Assembly (NCBI GenBank): GCA_965240325.2
Contig: OZ251255.1
Span: forward strand, 248,001-312,000
Direction: 5' to 3'
DNA length: 64,000 nt
Source of the DNA: Rebecca billardiae RCC1528
Lineage: Eukaryota > Protista > Haptophyta
A program made the position numbers and the translations under genes. Positions 10,009 to 22,945 of the stretch are shown here, one piece after another. Each line of letters begins with the position of its first letter. The first letter of the stretch is position 1. Below the pieces are notes generated by a model. The model saw only the letters and a list, made by a program, of their open reading frames with translations, did no database searches and was not told the DNA's origin.

Positions 10009-13000
10009 GTGACATATAGACCATGTCGACCTCACTTTGTTAGAGCATCTCAGCGAGATCGTTCTGAGTCCCCAGCAGGCAGCAGGTCCCAACATGCGAT
10101 ATAGGCTGTGTACTGGCAGGCTGTCAAATATGTAGTTTCCTAGAAGCCACTGGTCGTTACATACCCACTGTGTATATAGGCGCCATGCTGATGAATACAG
10201 CCTCATCTGATCTCGAGCTGCGAGATACGTTTTCAGACTGTGTATACGGCCACGCGTACGGCGTATTGCAGACATATTAGACCCAAAGCACCGGCCCCAC
10301 GTCCTCAGCCCGGGAGTGCTCTCGGTCATAGTCAAGGTTTAAAGTCACTCGAGCCAACCGTCACCGCTCCCTGGCCGAGACCTACGAGGCAGGTCAAATC
10401 TGTCGTCGTCGCAGTGCGGCACAGTGCCGAGCATGCGATTCGGCAGCAAACGTCTGCTCCAGGCGGTGGCTGGCGTGTCTGCACCAAACCAGGCTGGATG
10501 GGATTGGTCCACATAGGTACGCACTACCCTGTTCCGCGCTAGTTCCGGGCTTAGGGGCGGATATTCGGCCTACAGAGGCTGATCCGGCGCTGTTCGGCGC
10601 TCCTGGCTGGCTGCGCGGAGCCCAACGTCAAGCGCCGGCGTGTGCAAGGTGTCAAGATTGAGACGGTCTCTGACGCTCCCGCCGGTCTTGGGCGCACCAG
10701 GGTGCATGAGGGCCCATCTGCATCTGCTTCTGCAGGCATGAGCGTCACAGGGGCGCGCTTGCAGGCACGGTCGAGTGCACGTCGGACCTGTCGAATGAGC
10801 CAACCGCTGCCTGCGAGCACGTCCGCGACGTCCTGAGAGGCGAATGGGAGGCGCCCAGACGCCATCAGAGGGCACATGTGACCCATACCCAACGTACTGA
10901 CCATCGCAAGTGCCACGGCAGGTGCAAACACGGGCCCTACAAGCGGAACATGACAGTTGCGAGCTCCGCGGAGGTGCTGTGCGCGAGCTCGCGCCGGTCT
11001 GCTGACGGCGATTCCGGCGCAGTAGGGCAGGTTAGGCGAGCTGGGCATTCACAGACATATATGGACGATTGGTCCGAGCATCGATCTCATTGGTCCGAGT
11101 TGATCGTGCGCCACACCGTGCGGTAGCGTAGCGGGCGTACGCAGCGCACCAATTCAAGCCGGCCGACGCGCGCCGCGCACGGCGCGAGGTGGCCAAGAAG
11201 CGGGTGGTGAGCCGCTGGTGGCGCAAAGGCACGGGTCAGTAGCGCCCACCAGCGTCACGCGCGCGCGCACCCGAGACCATCTCGGCGTCTCAGAGGTCGC
11301 GAGCGCGCGGCGGTCCACTGCCTCCGGCCGCTCGTCTGGAGCGGAACCGAGCTCTGAGCGCCCGAAGGCGTCGGAGCTCGATTTTCGAGCGAGGTCCGAG
11401 AAAAAGGCTCCGCGCCACCCTAAAAGGCCGAGGGCGGAGCGAAAATGCGACGCGACTTTGCTTTTCATTTTTAAATGGGCGGTTTGGCCCCCCTAACTCA
11501 AGTACCCGGTGCCGCTGTGCCACCCGGCGCGGGCGCCGGGCCCGCGGCGGGGCGGCCGGGGCCGCGCGGGGCTACCGCCCGGCCCGGTGCGCGGCCCGGA
11601 CACGGACCGTACACTCGGTGAGTCGGCAGAGGGCACTGGCCCCGGGTCGCGGGCCCCGGACTGACCGGCATGTGTCCAACCCGCGGATTCCCAGTGCAGG
11701 GGGAACGACCTGGTAAGCCGAGGCGAGCAGACTGTCGGGCCGACTGGCACGGTACGACCGTCGGCGCCGCGGCTCAGGAGTGATGATAACTCATTTAAAT
11801 CTGCGTCGGACAGTAGAGTGCGCGCTGCTGCCGGACTATATATATATATATATATATATGCCGTCGTATATATGCGCCGCCGTCGCGGTCGTCATATAAT
11901 TCCGCCAGCCGCCGCAGGTCCCGGTGGCCGCGGGGCGTCCGGCGCAGCCAGTGCGCGCGCTGCGCGGCGGTCTGCGCGGCGCGCGGTCCGCCCCCGCCCG
12001 GGCCGGCCCGCCGCCGCCGGACCCGGTATACTCTCTGAGTCCGCACTTCCGCGCGCCGCGACTGCGGGGGCCGGCCGGTTACCCGTGCCGCGGGACCGGA
12101 CGACATCTCGGATATAGCAGCTAGCGCACTTATAGCTACTATATATATATATAACTACTTATACCGCCGTCCGCCGATCATCAGCATCAGATCTGAGGCG
12201 CGCGCGCGTCAGCAGACGCGACCGGCGGAAGCAGACTCGTTATTGCAGCCGCCGCCGAGTCGCCGAGTGCGTCGGCAGCAGGCCCGGCCCCGCGCGCGCG
12301 GCCCGTCGGACGAGTCCGGGCCGCCGGAGTCCGGGCGGACCGTCTGCCGGCGCGGCGTCGCGGCAGCCGAGAGTCCGCCCGGGGGCCGGCGGTCCGTCAC
12401 GATCCGGTCTTATTCGTGCGTCGTGTATAATTATTATTCGCGATTAGTCCGATCGACTCCTGACGCATGCGGCTCCCATGCGCCACGGTACTCGGTATGA
12501 GTGCTGTGCGCGCTCTGGCGGCGCGGGGCGGGTCCCGCCGGGCCGCGGTCCCCGTCGTCAACTCACGTCTGGCACGGCGCCGCGCTCGGCCCGTCAGTAC
12601 TCGGGCCTGGCCCGCCAGCGCGCCTTGGGGCTGGGCGGTCTGGTCGTTGGTGGACAGGTGCTGATCAGTGGGGGCGGGCGGAATGTCTGAAACAATAGCC
12701 GACTGGCGTCGTCGTCGGCGTCGTCGTCGTCGGGCGGGCCGGCGAGGGAGGGCTGCGAACGGCGACCGCGCGTGCTCACGCGCACGGTCGAGCGGTCGCC
12801 GCGGGCCCCTCGGCGCCGCCGTCTGCCCGTCGAGCCAGCCAGCCGTCGGGGCGGGCGCCGGTGCCACGCGGGCACGCGCGAGCCGAGCGGGCGCTGCCGG
12901 GGGAGCGGCGGTGGCGGGTGCCGGCTGCATACTGCGGCCGCCGCGCCCGCGCCGGCACGCGTCCCTCGGTGGCGCGGGCGCGGGCGCGGCGCTGGCGCGC

Positions 13001-13058
13001 GCCGAGCGCCGGCGCGCCGCAGCGCGCGGCGCGGCGCGGCGCGGCGCGGCGCGGCGGC

Positions 13059-15903
13059 CTAGGTCGTCGGGCGGCGCGCGCCGACCTTGAGCAGCGGGAA
13101 GCCCGGCCGCCACGCGTGTCCGCTCGCGCCCGCGGCGCCGCCGTGCGGCGAGCCGTTGCCCGCGTGTAGACCCGCCGGTGCGTGCCAGCTGCCGCCTCCG
13201 ACCGGCGCGTGGCCCACCAGCACGGTGGAGGGCACGGGCTCCCCGATGCCCGCCGCGTCGGTGAATGCGCGCGGCACCGGCGGCCACGTCTCCACCTGCG
13301 GGTGGCGGCGGGCGGGGGCGCGGAGGAGGCGCGTGAGTGCCGGCTGACACCGTCCGCTGCGCACACGCGCGCACGCACACGCACACGTGCACGCGCACAC
13401 GCACACGCACACGCACACGCACGCACACGCACACGCACGCGCACACGGCCGCCACGCCGGAGTGTTGCACGCCAGTCCACTGCTCGTCACGCCACACGGC
13501 ACGCGGCGGGGCGCGCAGCCAGCACGCGCACGCACGCACGCACGCGCGCGCGCGCGCACCTTGTCGACCAGCGAGTTGCGCGCGGCGAGCAGCGGCCGCA
13601 TCGGCGCGGGCACAGAGAGAGTGCCAAGCTCGGCGTCCGACTCGAGCGTGTTGCCCTCGACGTGCGGGCTGCGCGCGCGGGGGCGGGGGCGAAGGGCGGC
13701 GGCGGGGCGTGTCAGGCGGCGCGCGGGGCACGCTCGCAGCAGGCGGCGGCCGGAGGCGCACACACGCACACGCGCGATCTCGCGCGATCTCGCGCGATCT
13801 CGCGAAATCTCCCTCGCGCGGCGACGCACCGGCATCCCTCGGCGATGCAGAGCGAGCGGCCCTCGCCCTGGCCGATGCGGTTGCCGATGAGCTGCGGCGC
13901 CGCGCCCGAGCAGATCGCGATCCCCGCGATCCGGTTCCCCACGATCAGGTTCGCCTCGATCGTGCCCTCACCACACTCGCACACGAGCACGCCCGAGTCT
14001 CGGCCCTGCGCGATCGTGTTGCGCGCGACCAGCGGCTGGCCGGACTGCAGGATGGCGACGCCTGCGCGGGTGGATGGGGAGTGGCGGGCGGGGCGCACGC
14101 GTCCGGGTGCGTCAGCCGCGAGCAGCCAGCCGGCCAGCCAGCCAGCCAGCCGGCCACGGGCGGACCACGCACGCGGCGTGCGCGGCGCGCACGGCGCGCG
14201 CGGCGCTCTGCTGTGCGCGCGCGCGCGCGCGCGAGACGCACCGGCGCGCGTGTTGCCGCAGATCCGGTTGCTCTCGATCCGGCCCTTCCCCGACTCGGAG
14301 ACGAGCACGCCCGAGTCCTCGCCGTCGCGGATCATGTTCGCCGCGACGAGCGGCGAGCCGCCTCGCAGGATGGCGACGCCCGCGCGCTTGTTGGCGTAGA
14401 TCGTGTTGTCCGTGAGACTTCCGGACGACTCGTCGCAGAAAAGAACGCCGACGCCGCGCGAGTCGTGGATGGTGTTGTGCGTGATCGTGGCCTTGGTGCG
14501 CGGCCCCTTCACCACCACCGCGTGCCCCGCGCTGCTCGTGATGTTGCACTCGTCGATCAGCACGTTCGTCCCGCCGCTCGCCAGCACCGTCGCCAGGATG
14601 GGCGAGTCTGCCGTGGCGGCCTCCTGCGCGAGGCAGAGGTTCGTGAGGCGGCACGAGGCGGTGAGCCAGAACGTGGCGGCGGAGCAGTCGCCGCGCACGA
14701 GCACCGGCGTGATCGCCTCCGCGCCCACGATCTCCAGCGGCTTGTCCACCGTCAGGTTCTCGTGGTACTCGCCCGGGTCGATCACGATCCGGTCGAGCGG
14801 CGACGCGGCCGCGATCGCCTCCGCGATCGTCGAGAAGACGCGCAGGCCGGAGGCGTCGAGCACGCCGGTGAGCGCGGCGCCGTCGGCGCAGCCGACCTCG
14901 CCGCCGCTCACGCCGCTCCCCTCCGCGCGCTTCCCGCGCGACGCCGAGCCGCCCACGCCGCTCCCGCCGCCGCCCGCCCACGTGCCGCCCGAGCCGTCCG
15001 ACGCGCCCGACGCGCAGTCCGAGTGCTGCTGCCGCTGCGCGTGCTGCGCTTGCGCGTCCGCCATCTCGACGTCCTCGTCGACGTCGGGGTGCGCGGGGCC
15101 TCCGGGGCGCACCGTGACGGGCGTGACGCCGCCGAGGCTGCCGATCCCGTACCCCGCGCGCCCGCCGTACCCGCCCTCCGCCGCGCCCGCCTGCGCCTCC
15201 CGGAGCACGTCGGCAACAGTCTGCGGCGAGACGCGCAGCGTGCAGTGCGCCATCCCGAGCCTCTGCCGCAGCTGGTTCTTCATGCAGCGGGAGACGAACC
15301 AGCGCCACGTGGCCTTGGAGCGGACCATCGTGTCCATCCGCCAGCGCGCGCCGAGCAGCGTCCTGCGACGCGGGACGCGCGCGCGCGGTGTGCGTGCGTG
15401 CAGCGGCGCGCGCGCGCGTGAGCGCGCGAGGCGCGGCAGTTGCTGGGGCGCGCGCGCCGCTCGCGCGCGCGGGGTGGGCTGCTGGGCATGGCGGCCGGGA
15501 TGGGCTGCTGGGCGTGGCGAGCGCGTGCGTGCGCGCGCGCGCACACGCGCGCACACGCGCACCGCGCGCGCGCGCACCGCTGCTTGAACGCCAGCTTCCA
15601 GTGCGACACCTCGGTGAGCGCAGGCAGCCGCTTCGACGCGAGGAAGAGCTCCTTCCAGATCTGCTCGTTCTGCATGAGGGCGTAGAGCGCCTTGGAGCAG
15701 CACGCGAGGGCGCAGCACTCGCGGTGCCCGAGCAGCCGCGCGAACGCGCAGTTCTGCCAAAAGTCCACGCCCAGGATGTCGAGCGTGCCGTTCATGATGT
15801 CGGGCGGCGGGACCGCGCCGACGCCGCGCGCGCGCGCGGCGGCGGCGTTGGCGGCGGCCGTCGCCTCCTCAGGGTGCGAGTGCGCCCTGCGTCGGTAGTG
15901 CAT
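13059..15903 (-). CDS. F-box-like plus parallel beta-helix (NosD/pectin-lyase fold) protein, FBXO10/11-like; multi-exon
   Basis: F-box-like LACCSKALYALMQNEQIWKELF; FSTIAEAIAAA...IVIDPGEYHENLTVDKPLEIVG; repeated GVAIL..G.PLV..N.I..G turns; 5' end uncertain. Confidence 0.85.
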
Positions 15904-16645
15904 CTCGCGCAGCTGCGCCGTGCGGGCGCGGTGTGCGTGCGCGGTGTCTCTGGCTCGCGGTGCGGTGGGCGAGTGGATCGCCAGCACGGCCCGCGTCTGC
16001 TGCTTCCTCCAGTGGCTACTGTGTGAGCCCAGCTGCTAGCGAGCGCCCGCGCCGTTTAGCACAACTTCCGCACCCAGGCGCGGAGGGTGTCATTGGGACA
16101 GGCGGGGTTTTTGGAGCGTTTGCGGCGATTGGAATCTCCCGCCCTTAATCAGCGCTCGGGGGACCAAGGTGTGCCCAATCAGCGCCGCGCGATTGTAGGG
16201 GCCTGGACTCTGTAAGTACCCAAAAAGGCCCGCTGCTCCATCAGCGCTGGCCAATCAGGCGGCTGATGAAGGAGCGCCCCACGCGCATGGCGGATGGCTC
16301 GCTCCCAAACGCGCTGATCTATTATAATACAATCGGAACCCGCGCACCCTGATACCCGAAGCCGATCGATCGAGGTCGAACCGCATAAGCCCTCGTCGTA
16401 AATCGATGCACCCGCCTGTGATCGAGCGCGAACGGGGCGAGATCGTTCATTTAGCAGACCAGCCAATCTGGAGACGCGGCTTGTCATCAGGTGCACCCGC
16501 CATATGAAGCGCAAGGTACGGCGCTTACGCGGCGCCGAGACCCGCGTGAATACATGCATGCCTGTTCGCTCGGAATCTTGTGCTCAAGATTCCTTCTCGA
16601 GATCTTCTAGTTCCACTTAGGGTCGCGGGTACCCCCTCCACGGCG

Positions 16646-16735
16646 TCTAGACTCATTCTATGATTTAACGACACAGGTAGGACGGCGCAGGTCTCCTGAT
16701 TCGTCGTCGGCAGTGCCCGATCGTCGACTCGTCGC
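16646..16735 (-). repeat. Dispersed repeat shared with the interior of the hAT element at 61367-61642
   Basis: Reverse complement GTCGACGATCGGGCACTGCCG...GTCCTACCTGTGTCGTTAAATCATAGAATGAGTCTAGA recurs at ~61367-61399 and ~61586-61642. Confidence 0.85.
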
Positions 16736-17679
16736 CTGCAACCGCGGCTTCCAGGCATATTCGCGCGTTTTTAAGGCGGAATCTGGATGTGTTCATCATG
16801 TTTTACTTGCCTGCCGCTGATGTTGACGACGAACTGCCGCAGAACCTGCCGGAAGCCGGAATTTCGTGCCATGGCGCCGTGCACACCGTCGTCACAGCCT
16901 CCAATGCTTCTTGGAGTCAGGGTACCGCACGTGCAGTGGGCTGCGGCTCCAGCGTGGGTCCAACACTTTCCCGCGGTGCAGCGGCACTCGCCACTTGGCC
17001 GCTGCGTGCGGCGTGCTGCACTGCACGGGCCGTGAAGCGTGCACTCCCGCGTGACTCCCGACTCAGATCAGCCAATCCGGGATGACTGTTTGCGAGGCAT
17101 CGGCCAGGGTCGGCGGCAGCGGCGCCCGGAGGCGGCACTGCGCGTGGCGCGCGCGACGGCGGCGCGCCTGAGGTGCCGCTGCACGGGGCCACCGTGTTCC
17201 TCTCCGCCCCCAGCGAGTGGGCTGCGAGTGCGCATCCGGCCACGCCATGTACGTCGTCAGGTTGGCGACCGTCACGCCGGGGCCCGGGCTGGATGGCCCA
17301 CTGCGGTTCGGCGATGCAGCGTCCGACTTGCCTGCGGAGCGCCGGTGCGGGAATGCCGCAGGCAGCCGTGCTGCACAGTGAACACACGCGCCTCAGGCGG
17401 GTGGGTAAGGGGTGGGGGACAGTCGGGGGGCGCGGCGCCGATCCCGTGTAACGCCTCGGACGGCACATCCGCGGTGTCCGATCTGAGCGGCTGCATTACA
17501 CGATATCAGGCATCATCACTGCTGGTCGGCATGGATATGAGGCACCAACCGAGTAAGCTGCGGAAGCCGCTGTAGTACGTACTACGACTGTACTCTGATC
17601 TGTCAGTGTCTGCTCTGTCCGGACAACCGCCACTCTGACTCGTAGTAACTACTGAGCTGTGAGCAGCCGATGCCGCCGG

Positions 17680-18127
17680 CTATGCCGCCCCGTGGCCGCC
17701 ACTCGCCGCCACCGCCATCGCCGCCGCGCCCGCGCTCGGCGCCGGCAGCGCGCCAAGCTGTCCAAGAAAGGCGTGCGCGCACGGCAGCATCAGTGCGAGT
17801 GCGCACGCGCCGAGTGCCGCCACGCACGCCGGCCACCCCGCAGCACGCGCCCACGCGGCCCATGCGCTCAGGCCGAGCGCGCGCTCCGCCGTGCCACGCC
17901 GCGCCGCGAGTGCCGCCTCCGCCGCCTCCGCCTCCGCCTCCGCCGCGCGCGCCTCCTGCGCAAGGCAGGCGCGCACACGGCGGGGGCAAGTCACACACTC
18001 GACTGGATGAGTGACGCGCGCGCGCGTATGGCGGGCGGTTCGCACGCACGCGTCGTGAGTTGGACGGGCCTCAGCTGCGCGCTGCCCCGCGCGCGCAGCA
18101 GCAGCAGCAAGCAGCAGCAGCAGCAGC

Positions 18128-18163
<36 letters not shown>

Positions 18164-20567
18164 GCAGCAGCAGCAGCAGCAGCAGCAGCAAGCAGCAGCA
18201 GCAGCAGCGGCAGCAAGCAGCGCGCACCGCCTCGAGCTCCGCGCAGAGCTGCGCGGCGCTGCTCGCCCACAGCGCCGCCACCGCCTCCGCGCGCGGCTCG
18301 GCCTGCGGGTCCGCCACCACAAAGCACCGGACGAGTCCGGCGTAGGAGAGGACCCCCAGGTAGAGGCCGCAGTGGCCGATGCCGTAGTACTCCGCGCTAC
18401 AGACGGGCACCGTCGCCGCCGCGGCGGCTGGGTCCGCACCGGGCGCCTCCACGCGCCGGCTGCCTCCGGCGGCGCGAGGCCGGGGCGCTCCGCCCTGCTC
18501 CGCGCGCGCGCCCTCACCGCCGCCACCGCCGCAGCCATCCGCCGCGCGCGCCCAACCGCCGCGTTGCTGCGAGCGCGGCGCGCGCGCCGTCGGGCTGAGC
18601 GCGAGCTCGAGCACGGCGGTGGGCCCGGCGACGTTGGTCATCACGAGGCTGGGCTTGGTGGCGAGCTGCACGTACGTCCGCACCAGCGCCGCCTGCCCCT
18701 GCCTGCCTCGGCGCAGCAGCCATGGCACGAGTGCGCGGCCAAATGCAAAGCTGAGCGCGGGCGCGCACGAGCGCTTGAGCCAGCCGGTCTGGAAGCGCAT
18801 GGCCTCGACGAGCGCGCACGCGCCGCCGCCACCGCCGCGCGCCGCCGCCGCGGCGGTCGGCGCGGGGCCGCGCTTCGCGCCGCCCCCGTCGAGCGCGCGC
18901 CGCTCGCGCGCGCTGCCGCCGCTACCGTCGCCGCCACCGGCGGCGGCAGCGCCCGGCGGCGGCAGCGGCGGCGGCGCCGCGCCCAGCGGCAGGCGGACGT
19001 TCAGCGTGGCGATGCGATTGCCCTCCGGCACGCCGCCGTCACGCGGCATGGCCAGTGACATGGCGACGCGCACGCCGCGCGGCGGGAAATAACGAGCAGC
19101 GTCAAATTCATCAAGAATACAAGAATCCGCCGCAGAATCGTGTAGTGGCCCGGCGGATGGCTCCGTCGCGCACGCGCGCGCCAGCCGGTCGTCTCCCCAG
19201 CGGCGCAGCGCGCGCGCCGTCACGGCGAGCAGCACGTCATTCACAGTCGCGCGGCCACGCACGCCCCGCGGCTCGGCGGGCAGCCAGAGCCAAGCTCGCA
19301 GCGCGCGCGCGGCCGCGCGCGGCGCGCTGCCGCGCCCGGCGGCGGTGGCGGCGGCGGGCGTGGCGCCACGCCGCGCGGCGTGCGCGCGCGCGCGCGCGGC
19401 GTGCGCGCGCTCGAACGCGCAGCGCGCGCCGCGCACCGCCTGCAGCGGCAGCGCCGCGCTGCTCGCGACGCGCTTCGCCGCGCACGGCCGCGCCGGCTCC
19501 GGCAGCCCCAGGGCCGAGGGCGGGTCAGCCGGCAGCGCCGGGCCGAGCAGCGCGAGACCGAGGCCGTGGCCAAGCGCCCACGAGCGCGTCCACGCGCGCG
19601 CGCCGAGCAGCGGCGGCGCGGGCGGCGGCGGCGCGGGCGGCGGCGCGGGCCGCGCCTCCGCGCCACCGCCCTCCGCGCCGCGCGCGGGCCGCGCCGCCAG
19701 CAGCCTGCGGAGCAGCTCAGCAATGGCCGCCGCATCGCCGAGTGTGTGATCGATTGCAAACACTAGCGCAGAGCCTAGGTTAGGGTTAGGGTTAGGGTGG
19801 TTAGGGTTGGGGTTGGAGCCAGCGGGAGTGCACGCATCCGCGGCGGCGCTCGGGCGCGGCCCCACGCCCGCCGACCGCCCGTCCCCCTCCTCCGCCGCCA
19901 CAGCAGTCGCCGCGCCAGCGCCGCAATAGCCGCCGCCGCCGCCGCCGCTCGGCGCGCCCTCGCCCGCGTCTGGCCGTGCGCGCGGGATTAGACGCAGCCG
20001 CCAGAGGGGGCGGCGCTGCTCGAAGGGCTCGGCGCCGAGCTGCGAGACGTACGCGCGCACCTCGGCCACGCTCCACGCCTCCTCCTCTTCCGCGTCCTCC
20101 ACTGCGGCGGCCGCCGCCGCCGCCTCCGCCGCCGCCTCCGCCTCTGCCGCCGCCTCCGCCTCTGCCGCCGCCTCCGCCTCTGCCGCCGCCCCCGCCTCTG
20201 CCGCCGCCTCCGCCTCGCGGCTCGGCCCGAGGGCCGGCCGCACCGCGCGGCACACGTGGTGGCGGAGGTCGACGTCGTCGGGCGCGAGCGGGTGCAGGTA
20301 CACGCGCAGGTCCTCGCGCGCCCCGTCCGCCGGCCCGACGCGCGCGCACAGCCGCGGGATCTCCGGCAGCCGCGCGCGCACGAGCTCGCGCACCGAGCTG
20401 AGCGACACGGGCGCGGGCGTGCGCAGCACAGCGACGACGACGATTGGGTGCACGGCGGGGGGCGCGAGCTCGGCGCGGCCGATCGTGGCGAACAGCTCGC
20501 TCTGGCACGAGAGCCGGCGGGGCCGCGCGCTCCGCGGCCCGGCATCAGCCGCGCCGTCGGGCGCCAT
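17680..20567 (-). CDS. Wax ester synthase/diacylglycerol acyltransferase (WS/DGAT)-like; multi-exon
   Basis: PLWRLRLI, active-site-like DHTLGDA, ATVNDVLLAV, GNRIATL, MTNVAGP, LSYAG. GTGCGC donor near 18227; last exon ~17958-17680 carries a hydrophobic helix. Confidence 0.82.
18096..18220. repeat. (CAG)n/(CTG)n tract, probably intronic
   Basis: Interrupted CAG run just downstream of a GTGCGC donor on the - strand. Confidence 0.9.
19778..19816. repeat. Interstitial (TTAGGG)n telomere-like repeat
   Basis: GGTTAGGGTTAGGGTTAGGGTGGTTAGGGTTGGGG. Confidence 0.9.
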
Positions 20568-20809
20568 GCCGATTGCGGGGCGAGGGTCGTCGCCGCCCGG
20601 CCGCCCGCGGTGGCCGCGAAATCACGACCAACAAGAAGAATCAGAAAACGACCGTGGGCGCTCTCGGTGTGCCACTCGCCGTTTCACGGCCACGACGAGT
20701 TTCGCAGCGCAATTCGCACTGCACTGCTCCTAATAATGCTAGCAGGCAAGCAGCGCGGTGCGCGCCAGAGAGCCGCGCGCCCGACGGTGTGACACCCGTC
20801 GGCGGCCAC

Positions 20810-21721
20810 CTACGTGAGCAGGTAGCCGCTCATCAGCAGCAGGAAGCCGATGAACAGCCCGCCGAAGATCAGGTTCGACTTTTGCCCCTCGGTCATCGAG
20901 TTCCCGCCAAAGCCGTAATTCTGGTTGTCGGCAAAGCCTGCGAAAATGCGAGCCAGCGCGCCGACAGGGGCGGCGCGGTAGCGGGGTGCGCTCAGCCGAT
21001 CGGCGGGGCACACAGCGTGCTCGTCGACGGCCAGCGCCGCGTGCAGCCCCCTCGACACACCACGCGCACACGCACACGCACACGCCAACGGCCCCCGCGC
21101 ACCCGCGCGCGCGCGCGCCGCCGCGCCCGAGTGCCGCGCCGCGCCGCGCGCCGCCGTCGCACCTGCGATGGTGAGCATCTGAGACTCGAAGAAGGGCTTG
21201 GGGGACTGGCACTGCGGGCAGCGCCAGTTGTCGGGCAGCGACTGGAAGTCCGTGCCCGGCTTGGCGACTGGTGGGGTGGGCGGCGTCGCACGCGCGCGTC
21301 AGTCAGCGGCGGCGTGGGGCGGCGCGTGCCGCGCGGCGGCGGCGGCGGCCGCGGCGGCGGCCGCGGCGGCGGCAGCGGCCGCGGCGCGCGTGCGCGCACG
21401 GAGGCCGTCGCCCTTCTCCGGGTCGTAGACGTAGCTGCACGTGCGGCACTCGTACCGGCCGGTGTCCTTCTGCATGAACACCTCCGCGTCGCGTAGCCGC
21501 TGGATCTCGCGCTGCTTCTCCGTCAGGCCGTCGTCAGGCTCCTCGGCGGTGACGGCGCCGTCGGCGGCCGGCGGCGTCTCGCCCGAATCGGAGCAGACGG
21601 GCCGCGGCGGCGCGCGCACGCGGCCGAGCGCGGTGGCGCGGAGCGGCGCGGCGCGCGGGGCGTGGAGCCCCGCGGCGCACGCCGCGGAGGCGAGCGCGAG
21701 CAGCACGAGCACGCGGAGCAT
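20810..21721 (-). CDS. RBD1: Plastid membrane-anchored rubredoxin (PSII assembly), 3 exons
   Basis: Signal plus transit peptide MLRVLVLLALASAACA; YECRTCSYVYDP...PGTDFQSLPDNWRCPQC; GFADNQNYGFGGNSMTEGQKSNLIFGGL transmembrane tail typical of RBD1/RubA. Confidence 0.93.
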
Positions 21722-21991
21722 CGGCAGCGGCGGCGGCAGCGCGTGCGGGGCGGCCACTGCTCGCCGGGCGCAATAATGAGCGAGCGCGCTCTCGAGACTT
21801 CGCAAAGAGCCAGGGCGTCCGGCCCCGCCTCTTGATCATCTGATTCGTTGAGAGAGCGGCCGGCTTTGAGTCCGGTGCTCGTGTGTGCTTGACGAGCCGG
21901 GACGGGCGGCCGGAGCAGTCAGCAGCCACGCAGGCCGGTCGCGCTCGTCGGCGGCGGTACCCGCGGCGGCCGGTCTCACGCGGCAGCCGGC

Positions 21992-22945
21992 ATGCTGCGC
22001 GGCCTGCTCACCAAGTCGCGCACGGCGCTGCAGTCCGGCGCGAAGCCGCTCGTCGGCCACTGGCACATGTCCGGCTCCCCGCTCCTCGCCGAGACCGTTA
22101 CGTCCGCCGCCGAGTACGACGTGCTCGTCGTGGACTGCCAGCACGGCGCGATCGACGTGGGCGGCGCGGCGGCGGTGATGGCGTCGGTGCGCAACGCGGC
22201 GCCGTGGGTGCGGCTGCGCGACACGGCGCCATCGCACATCCACCACGTCCTCGACGCCGGCGCCGTCGGCATCATCGCGCCGCTCATCAACTCGGTCGAG
22301 GACGCGGAGGCGTTCGTTCGCGAGAGCAACTACCCGCCGGCCGGCACGCGCTCGTTCGGGCCGTTCCGCGCGGGGCTGCTCGAGCCGGGGTACTTCGACG
22401 CGGCGAACGGCGGCATCATGCGCTGGGCGATGATCGAGACCGCCGCCGCCTTCGAGGCCAAGGCGGAGATCGCCGCCGTGCCGGGCATTGACGGGCTCTT
22501 TGTCGGGCCGAATGATCTGGCGCTCGCGCTCGGCTTCACGCCGCCCACGTCCAACCCGACGGACGCGGTCGTGCTCGCCGGTGCGCTTGCGCCGCGCTGC
22601 GCAGCCTCGCGCGGGCGCTACGCGCGCGAGACGCGAGAGACGCGCACGCGCACGCGCGCACACGCTCACCCGCCGCGCCGCGCCGCGCCGCGCCATGCGC
22701 CCAACCCTACCCCCCGGCGCCCACCAGCGATCCAGAGCACGCGCGACGCGGCGCACGCGGCGGGCAAGTACGCGGGGATCTTCTGCGGCGACGGCTCCTT
22801 CGCCGGCTCCTTCGCCGCCAAGCGCTTCGACCTCGTCATCGCCGGCACCGACCTCGGTCTGCTGCAGGCGGCCGCGTGCAAGGAGCTTGCGGCCGCGCGC
22901 GGCGGCGGCGACGGCGGCGGCGGTGGCGCGCGCTCCGGGTACTGA
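21992..22945 (+). CDS. HpcH/HpaI-family class II pyruvate aldolase, intron 22581-22727
   Basis: VVDCQHG, VLDAGAVGIIAP, YPPAGTRSFG, AMIET, GIDGLFVGPNDL. Confidence 0.92.
   Translation: MLRGLLTKSRTALQSGAKPLVGHWHMSGSPLLAETVTSAAEYDVLVVDCQHGAIDVGGAAAVMASVRNAAPWVRLRDTAPSHIHHVLDAGAVGIIAPLINSVEDAEAFVRESNYPPAGTRSFGPFRAGLLEPGYFDAANGGIMRWAMIETAAAFEAKAEIAAVPGIDGLFVGPNDLALALGFTPPTSNPTDAVVLAGALAPRCAASRGRYARETRETRTRTRAHAHPPRRAAPRHAPNPTPRRPPAIQSTRDAAHAAGKYAGIFCGDGSFAGSFAAKRFDLVIAGTDLGLLQAAACKELAAARGGGDGGGGGARSGY

Larger units (their letters stand above)
2371..11495. mobile_element. Non-autonomous hAT-like element (~1.7 kb once the nested copia is removed)
   Basis: Perfect 13-bp TIR TAGGGGGGCCAAA (2371-2383) / TTTGGCCCCCCTA (11483-11495). 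TAGGG termini are typical of hAT. Flanks ACTCAACT(G) and ACTCAAGT resemble a degenerate 8-bp TSD. Confidence 0.7.

Noticed and set aside
18096-18220. PolyGln/polyCys/polyLeu protein tail
   Set aside because: Follows a consensus GTGCGC donor, so it is most likely intronic.
19778-19816. Chromosome end or fusion point
   Set aside because: Short, degenerate, and embedded in an intact gene.
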